This document shows positions 56,509-64,000 of a stretch of DNA of 64,000 bases, piece after piece; the stretch's first letter is position 1, and every line of letters begins with the position of its first letter. Source of the stretch: Naegleria gruberi (taxonomy: Eukaryota); assembly GCA_000004985.1 (NCBI GenBank), contig GG738894.1; one strand, written 5' to 3'. The notes under the pieces were generated by a model. The model ran no database searches. It had not been told where the DNA came from and saw only the letters and a list, made by a program, of their open reading frames with translations. The position numbers and the translations under genes are program-made.

Positions 56509-59500
56509 NNNNNNNNNNNNNNNNNNNNNNNNNNNNNNNNNNNNNNNNNNNNNNNNNNNNNNNNNNNNNNNNNNNNNNNNNNNNNNNNNNNNNNNNNNNN
56601 NNNNNNNNNNNNNNNNNNNNNNNNNNNNNNNNNNNNNNNNNNNNNNNNNNNNNNNNNNNNNNNNNNNNNNNNNNNNNNNNNNNNNNNNNNNNNNNNNNNN
56701 NNNNNNNNNNNNNNNNNNNNNNNNNNNNNNNNNNNNNNNNNNNNNNNNNNNNNNNNNNNNNNNNNNNNNNNNNNNNNNNNNNNNNNNNNNNNNNNNNNNN
56801 NNNNNNNNNNNNNNNNNNNNNNNNNNNNNNNNNNNNNNNNNNNNNNNNNNNNNNNNNNNNNNNNNNNNNNNNNNNNNNNNNNNNNNNNNNNNNNNNNNNN
56901 NNNNNNNNNNNNNNNNNNNNNNNNNNNNNNNNNNNNNNNNNNNNNNNNNNNNNNNNNNNNNNNNNNNNNNNNNNNNNNNNNNNNNNNNNNNNNNNNNNNN
57001 NNNNNNNNNNNNNNNNNNNNNNNNNNNNNNNNNNNNNNNNNNNNNNNNNNNNNNNNNNNNNNNNNNNNNNNNNNNNNNNNNNNNNNNNNNNNNNNNNNNN
57101 NNNNNNNNNNNNNNNNNNNNNNNNNNNNNNNNNNNNNNNNNNNNNNNNNNNNNNNNNNNNNNNNNNNNNNNNNNNNNNNNNNNNNNNNNNNNNNNNNNNN
57201 NNNNNNNNNNNNNNNNNNNNNNNNNNNNNNNNNNNNNNNNNNNNNNNNNNNNNNNNNNNNNNNNNNNNNNNNNNNNNNNNNNNNNNNNNNNNNNNNNNNN
57301 NNNNNNNNNNNNNNNNNNNNNNNNNNNNNNNNNNNNNNNNNNNNNNNNNNNNNNNNNNNNNNNNNNNNNNNNNNNNNNNNNNNNNNNNNNNNNNNNNNNN
57401 NNNNNNNNNNNNNNNNNNNNNNNNNNNNNNNNNNNNNNNNNNNNNNNNNNNNNNNNNNNNNNNNNNNNNNNNNNNNNNNNNNNNNNNNNNNNNNNNNNNN
57501 NNNNNNNNNNNNNNNNNNNNNNNNNNNNNNNNNNNNNNNNNNNNNNNNNNNNNNNNNNNNNNNNNNNNNNNNNNNNNNNNNNNNNNNNNNNNNNNNNNNN
57601 NNNNNNNNNNNNNNNNNNNNNNNNNNNNNNNNNNNNNNNNNNNNNNNNNNNNNNNNNNNNNNNNNNNNNNNNNNNNNNNNNNNNNNNNNNNNNNNNNNNN
57701 NNNNNNNNNNNNNNNNNNNNNNNNNNNNNNNNNNNNNNNNNNNNNNNNNNNNNNNNNNNNNNNNNNNNNNNNNNNNNNNNNNNNNNNNNNNNNNNNNNNN
57801 NNNNNNNNNNNNNNNNNNNNNNNNNNNNNNNNNNNNNNNNNNNNNNNNNNNNNNNNNNNNNNNNNNNNNNNNNNNNNNNNNNNNNNNNNNNNNNNNNNNN
57901 NNNNNNNNNNNNNNNNNNNNNNNNNNNNNNNNNNNNNNNNNNNNNNNNNNNNNNNNNNNNNNNNNNNNNNNNNNNNNNNNNNNNNNNNNNNNNNNNNNNN
58001 NNNNNNNNNNNNNNNNNNNNNNNNNNNNNNNNNNNNNNNNNNNNNNNNNNNNNNNNNNNNNNNNNNNNNNNNNNNNNNNNNNNNNNNNNNNNNNNNNNNN
58101 NNNNNNNNNNNNNNNNNNNNNNNNNNNNNNNNNNNNNNNNNNNNNNNNNNNNNNNNNNNNNNNNNNNNNNNNNNNNNNNNNNNNNNNNNNNNNNNNNNNN
58201 NNNNNNNNNNNNNNNNNNNNNNNNNNNNNNNNNNNNNNNNNNNNNNNNNNNNNNNNNNNNNNNNNNNNNNNNNNNNNNNNNNNNNNNNNNNNNNNNNNNN
58301 NNNNNNNNNNNNNNNNNNNNNNNNNNNNNNNNNNNNNNNNNNNNNNNNNNNNNNNNNNNNNNNNNNNNNNNNNNNNNNNNNNNNNNNNNNNNNNNNNNNN
58401 NNNNNNNNNNNNNNNNNNNNNNNNNNNNNNNNNNNNNNNNNNNNNNNNNNNNNNNNNNNNNNNNNNNNNNNNNNNNNNNNNNNNNNNNNNNNNNNNNNNN
58501 NNNNNNNNNNNNNNNNNNNNNNNNNNNNNNNNNNNNNNNNNNNNNNNNNNNNNNNNNNNNNNNNNNNNNNNNNNNNNNNNNNNNNNNNNNNNNNNNNNNN
58601 NNNNNNNNNNNNNNNNNNNNNNNNNNNNNNNNNNNNNNNNNNNNNNNNNNNNNNNNNNNNNNNNNNNNNNNNNNNNNNNNNNNNNNNNNNNNNNNNNNNN
58701 NNNNNNNNNNNNNNNNNNNNNNNNNNNNNNNNNNNNNNNNNNNNNNNNNNNNNNNNNNNNNNNNNNNNNNNNNNNNNNNNNNNNNNNNNNNNNNNNNNNN
58801 NNNNNNNNNNNNNNNNNNNNNNNNNNNNNNNNNNNNNNNNNNNNNNNNNNNNNNNNNNNNNNNNNNNNNNNNNNNNNNNNNNNNNNNNNNNNNNNNNNNN
58901 NNNNNNNNNNNNNNNNNNNNNNNNNNNNNNNNNNNNNNNNNNNNNNNNNNNNNNNNNNNNNNNNNNNNNNNNNNNNNNNNNNNNNNNNNNNNNNNNNNNN
59001 NNNNNNNNNNNNNNNNNNNNNNNNNNNNNNNNNNNNNNNNNNNNNNNNNNNNNNNNNNNNNNNNNNNNNNNNNNNNNNNNNNNNNNNNNNNNNNNNNNNN
59101 NNNNNNNNNNNNNNNNNNNNNNNNNNNNNNNNNNNNNNNNNNNNNNNNNNNNNNNNNNNNNNNNNNNNNNNNNNNNNNNNNNNNNNNNNNNNNNNNNNNN
59201 NNNNNNNNNNNNNNNNNNNNNNNNNNNNNNNNNNNNNNNNNNNNNNNNNNNNNNNNNNNNNNNNNNNNNNNNNNNNNNNNNNNNNNNNNNNNNNNNNNNN
59301 NNNNNNNNNNNNNNNNNNNNNNNNNNNNNNNNNNNNNNNNNNNNNNNNNNNNNNNNNNNNNNNNNNNNNNNNNNNNNNNNNNNNNNNNNNNNNNNNNNNN
59401 NNNNNNNNNNNNNNNNNNNNNNNNNNNNNNNNNNNNNNNNNNNNNNNNNNNNNNNNNNNNNNNNNNNNNNNNNNNNNNNNNNNNNNNNNNNNNNNNNNNN

Positions 59501-62500
59501 NNNNNNNNNNNNNNNNNNNNNNNNNNNNNNNNNNNNNNNNNNNNNNNNNNNNNNNNNNNNNNNNNNNNNNNNNNNNNNNNNNNNNNNNNNNNNNNNNNNN
59601 NNNNNNNNNNNNNNNNNNNNNNNNNNNNNNNNNNNNNNNNNNNNNNNNNNNNNNNNNNNNNNNNNNNNNNNNNNNNNNNNNNNNNNNNNNNNNNNNNNNN
59701 NNNNNNNNNNNNNNNNNNNNNNNNNNNNNNNNNNNNNNNNNNNNNNNNNNNNNNNNNNNNNNNNNNNNNNNNNNNNNNNNNNNNNNNNNNNNNNNNNNNN
59801 NNNNNNNNNNNNNNNNNNNNNNNNNNNNNNNNNNNNNNNNNNNNNNNNNNNNNNNNNNNNNNNNNNNNNNNNNNNNNNNNNNNNNNNNNNNNNNNNNNNN
59901 NNNNNNNNNNNNNNNNNNNNNNNNNNNNNNNNNNNNNNNNNNNNNNNNNNNNNNNNNNNNNNNNNNNNNNNNNNNNNNNNNNNNNNNNNNNNNNNNNNNN
60001 NNNNNNNNNNNNNNNNNNNNNNNNNNNNNNNNNNNNNNNNNNNNNNNNNNNNNNNNNNNNNNNNNNNNNNNNNNNNNNNNNNNNNNNNNNNNNNNNNNNN
60101 NNNNNNNNNNNNNNNNNNNNNNNNNNNNNNNNNNNNNNNNNNNNNNNNNNNNNNNNNNNNNNNNNNNNNNNNNNNNNNNNNNNNNNNNNNNNNNNNNNNN
60201 NNNNNNNNNNNNNNNNNNNNNNNNNNNNNNNNNNNNNNNNNNNNNNNNNNNNNNNNNNNNNNNNNNNNNNNNNNNNNNNNNNNNNNNNNNNNNNNNNNNN
60301 NNNNNNNNNNNNNNNNNNNNNNNNNNNNNNNNNNNNNNNNNNNNNNNNNNNNNNNNNNNNNNNNNNNNNNNNNNNNNNNNNNNNNNNNNNNNNNNNNNNN
60401 NNNNNNNNNNNNNNNNNNNNNNNNNNNNNNNNNNNNNNNNNNNNNNNNNNNNNNNNNNNNNNNNNNNNNNNNNNNNNNNNNNNNNNNNNNNNNNNNNNNN
60501 NNNNNNNNNNNNNNNNNNNNNNNNNNNNNNNNNNNNNNNNNNNNNNNNNNNNNNNNNNNNNNNNNNNNNNNNNNNNNNNNNNNNNNNNNNNNNNNNNNNN
60601 NNNNNNNNNNNNNNNNNNNNNNNNNNNNNNNNNNNNNNNNNNNNNNNNNNNNNNNNNNNNNNNNNNNNNNNNNNNNNNNNNNNNNNNNNNNNNNNNNNNN
60701 NNNNNNNNNNNNNNNNNNNNNNNNNNNNNNNNNNNNNNNNNNNNNNNNNNNNNNNNNNNNNNNNNNNNNNNNNNNNNNNNNNNNNNNNNNNNNNNNNNNN
60801 NNNNNNNNNNNNNNNNNNNNNNNNNNNNNNNNNNNNNNNNNNNNNNNNNNNNNNNNNNNNNNNNNNNNNNNNNNNNNNNNNNNNNNNNNNNNNNNNNNNN
60901 NNNNNNNNNNNNNNNNNNNNNNNNNNNNNNNNNNNNNNNNNNNNNNNNNNNNNNNNNNNNNNNNNNNNNNNNNNNNNNNNNNNNNNNNNNNNNNNNNNNN
61001 NNNNNNNNNNNNNNNNNNNNNNNNNNNNNNNNNNNNNNNNNNNNNNNNNNNNNNNNNNNNNNNNNNNNNNNNNNNNNNNNNNNNNNNNNNNNNNNNNNNN
61101 NNNNNNNNNNNNNNNNNNNNNNNNNNNNNNNNNNNNNNNNNNNNNNNNNNNNNNNNNNNNNNNNNNNNNNNNNNNNNNNNNNNNNNNNNNNNNNNNNNNN
61201 NNNNNNNNNNNNNNNNNNNNNNNNNNNNNNNNNNNNNNNNNNNNNNNNNNNNNNNNNNNNNNNNNNNNNNNNNNNNNNNNNNNNNNNNNNNNNNNNNNNN
61301 NNNNNNNNNNNNNNNNNNNNNNNNNNNNNNNNNNNNNNNNNNNNNNNNNNNNNNNNNNNNNNNNNNNNNNNNNNNNNNNNNNNNNNNNNNNNNNNNNNNN
61401 NNNNNNNNNNNNNNNNNNNNNNNNNNNNNNNNNNNNNNNNNNNNNNNNNNNNNNNNNNNNNNNNNNNNNNNNNNNNNNNNNNNNNNNNNNNNNNNNNNNN
61501 NNNNNNNNNNNNNNNNNNNNNNNNNNNNNNNNNNNNNNNNNNNNNNNNNNNNNNNNNNNNNNNNNNNNNNNNNNNNNNNNNNNNNNNNNNNNNNNNNNNN
61601 NNNNNNNNNNNNNNNNNNNNNNNNNNNNNNNNNNNNNNNNNNNNNNNNNNNNNNNNNNNNNNNNNNNNNNNNNNNNNNNNNNNNNNNNNNNNNNNNNNNN
61701 NNNNNNNNNNNNNNNNNNNNNNNNNNNNNNNNNNNNNNNNNNNNNNNNNNNNNNNNNNNNNNNNNNNNNNNNNNNNNNNNNNNNNNNNNNNNNNNNNNNN
61801 NNNNNNNNNNNNNNNNNNNNNNNNNNNNNNNNNNNNNNNNNNNNNNNNNNNNNNNNNNNNNNNNNNNNNNNNNNNNNNNNNNNNNNNNNNNNNNNNNNNN
61901 NNNNNNNNNNNNNNNNNNNNNNNNNNNNNNNNNNNNNNNNNNNNNNNNNNNNNNNNNNNNNNNNNNNNNNNNNNNNNNNNNNNNNNNNNNNNNNNNNNNN
62001 NNNNNNNNNNNNNNNNNNNNNNNNNNNNNNNNNNNNNNNNNNNNNNNNNNNNNNNNNNNNNNNNNNNNNNNNNNNNNNNNNNNNNNNNNNNNNNNNNNNN
62101 NNNNNNNNNNNNNNNNNNNNNNNNNNNNNNNNNNNNNNNNNNNNNNNNNNNNNNNNNNNNNNNNNNNNNNNNNNNNNNNNNNNNNNNNNNNNNNNNNNNN
62201 NNNNNNNNNNNNNNNNNNNNNNNNNNNNNNNNNNNNNNNNNNNNNNNNNNNNNNNNNNNNNNNNNNNNNNNNNNNNNNNNNNNNNNNNNNNNNNNNNNNN
62301 NNNNNNNNNNNNNNNNNNNNNNNNNNNNNNNNNNNNNNNNNNNNNNNNNNNNNNNNNNNNNNNNNNNNNNNNNNNNNNNNNNNNNNNNNNNNNNNNNNNN
62401 NNNNNNNNNNNNNNNNNNNNNNNNNNNNNNNNNNNNNNNNNNNNNNNNNNNNNNNNNNNNNNNNNNNNNNNNNNNNNNNNNNNNNNNNNNNNNNNNNNNN

Positions 62501-64000
62501 NNNNNNNNNNNNNNNNNNNNNNNNNNNNNNNNNNNNNNNNNNNNNNNNNNNNNNNNNNNNNNNNNNNNNNNNNNNNNNNNNNNNNNNNNNNNNNNNNNNN
62601 NNNNNNNNNNNNNNNNNNNNNNNNNNNNNNNNNNNNNNNNNNNNNNNNNNNNNNNNNNNNNNNNNNNNNNNNNNNNNNNNNNNNNNNNNNNNNNNNNNNN
62701 NNNNNNNNNNNNNNNNNNNNNNNNNNNNNNNNNNNNNNNNNNNNNNNNNNNNNNNNNNNNNNNNNNNNNNNNNNNNNNNNNNNNNNNNNNNNNNNNNNNN
62801 NNNNNNNNNNNNNNNNNNNNNNNNNNNNNNNNNNNNNNNNNNNNNNNNNNNNNNNNNNNNNNNNNNNNNNNNNNNNNNNNNNNNNNNNNNNNNNNNNNNN
62901 NNNNNNNNNNNNNNNNNNNNNNNNNNNNNNNNNNNNNNNNNNNNNNNNNNNNNNNNNNNNNNNNNNNNNNNNNNNNNNNNNNNNNNNNNNNNNNNNNNNN
63001 NNNNNNNNNNNNNNNNNNNNNNNNNNNNNNNNNNNNNNNNNNNNNNNNNNNNNNNNNNNNNNNNNNNNNNNNNNNNNNNNNNNNNNNNNNNNNNNNNNNN
63101 NNNNNNNNNNNNNNNNNNNNNNNNNNNNNNNNNNNNNNNNNNNNNNNNNNNNNNNNNNNNNNNNNNNNNNNNNNNNNNNNNNNNNNNNNNNNNNNNNNNN
63201 NNNNNNNNNNNNNNNNNNNNNNNNNNNNNNNNNNNNNNNNNNNNNNNNNNNNNNNNNNNNNNNNNNNNNNNNNNNNNNNNNNNNNNNNNNNNNNNNNNNN
63301 NNNNNNNNNNNNNNNNNNNNNNNNNNNNNNNNNNNNNNNNNNNNNNNNNNNNNNNNNNNNNNNNNNNNNNNNNNNNNNNNNNNNNNNNNNNNNNNNNNNN
63401 NNNNNNNNNNNNNNNNNNNNNNNNNNNNNNNNNNNNNNNNNNNNNNNNNNNNNNNNNNNNNNNNNNNNNNNNNNNNNNNNNNNNNNNNNNNNNNNNNNNN
63501 NNNNNNNNNNNNNNNNNNNNNNNNNNNNNNNNNNNNNNNNNNNNNNNNNNNNNNNNNNNNNNNNNNNNNNNNNNNNNNNNNNNNNNNNNNNNNNNNNNNN
63601 NNNNNNNNNNNNNNNNNNNNNNNNNNNNNNNNNNNNNNNNNNNNNNNNNNNNNNNNNNNNNNNNNNNNNNNNNNNNNNNNNNNNNNNNNNNNNNNNNNNN
63701 NNNNNNNNNNNNNNNNNNNNNNNNNNNNNNNNNNNNNNNNNNNNNNNNNNNNNNNNNNNNNNNNNNNNNNNNNNNNNNNNNNNNNNNNNNNNNNNNNNNN
63801 NNNNNNNNNNNNNNNNNNNNNNNNNNNNNNNNNNNNNNNNNNNNNNNNNNNNNNNNNNNNNNNNNNNNNNNNNNNNNNNNNNNNNNNNNNNNNNNNNNNN
63901 NNNNNNNNNNNNNNNNNNNNNNNNNNNNNNNNNNNNNNNNNNNNNNNNNNNNNNNNNNNNNNNNNNNNNNNNNNNNNNNNNNNNNNNNNNNNNNNNNNNN
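56509..64000. other. Assembly gap / unsequenced region (about 7.5 kb of N) to the end of the window.
   Basis: Uninterrupted n from 56509 to 64000. Confidence 1.

Overview
This is AT-rich (about 70% A+T) eukaryotic nuclear DNA, not a prokaryotic locus. The evidence is short GTAAGT/GTATGT...AG introns (43-114 nt), A-rich start contexts (aaaaaATG), long N/Q-rich low-complexity coding tracts, cytosolic ribosomal-protein genes and Pol III genes. The style fits a dictyostelid-type social amoeba or a related amoebozoan. The window is gene-dense on both strands, with about 30 protein-coding genes. Confidently recognised housekeeping genes are RPSA, RPL39, RPL30, adenylosuccinate lyase, SUV3 helicase, cyclophilin H, an ABCB half-transporter and a USP22/Ubp8-type deubiquitinase. 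Membrane and secreted proteins include an SLC36-type amino-acid transporter, a DOMON + ferric-reductase/NOX fusion, a type-II glycosyltransferase, an EGF-repeat/NHL receptor-like protein, a GPS-containing adhesion-type GPCR and a large polytopic pecanex-like protein. There are several lineage-style N/Q-rich proteins. RNA genes are three dispersed 5S rRNA genes (two sharing a ~75-bp 5' flank), one internally deleted 5S relic, and one tRNA-Ala(AGC) with an oligo-T terminator. A bacterial-type DUF1348 gene, a divergent EF-2 paralogue and a PI31 C-terminal-only mini-protein stand out. Two otherwise intact genes carry single apparent frameshifts. There are N-gaps at 54984-55032 and 56509-64000, so the last ~7.5 kb is unsequenced and the sequence looks like a draft assembly. 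No CRISPR arrays, transposase or reverse-transcriptase ORFs, or prokaryotic operon structure were seen.
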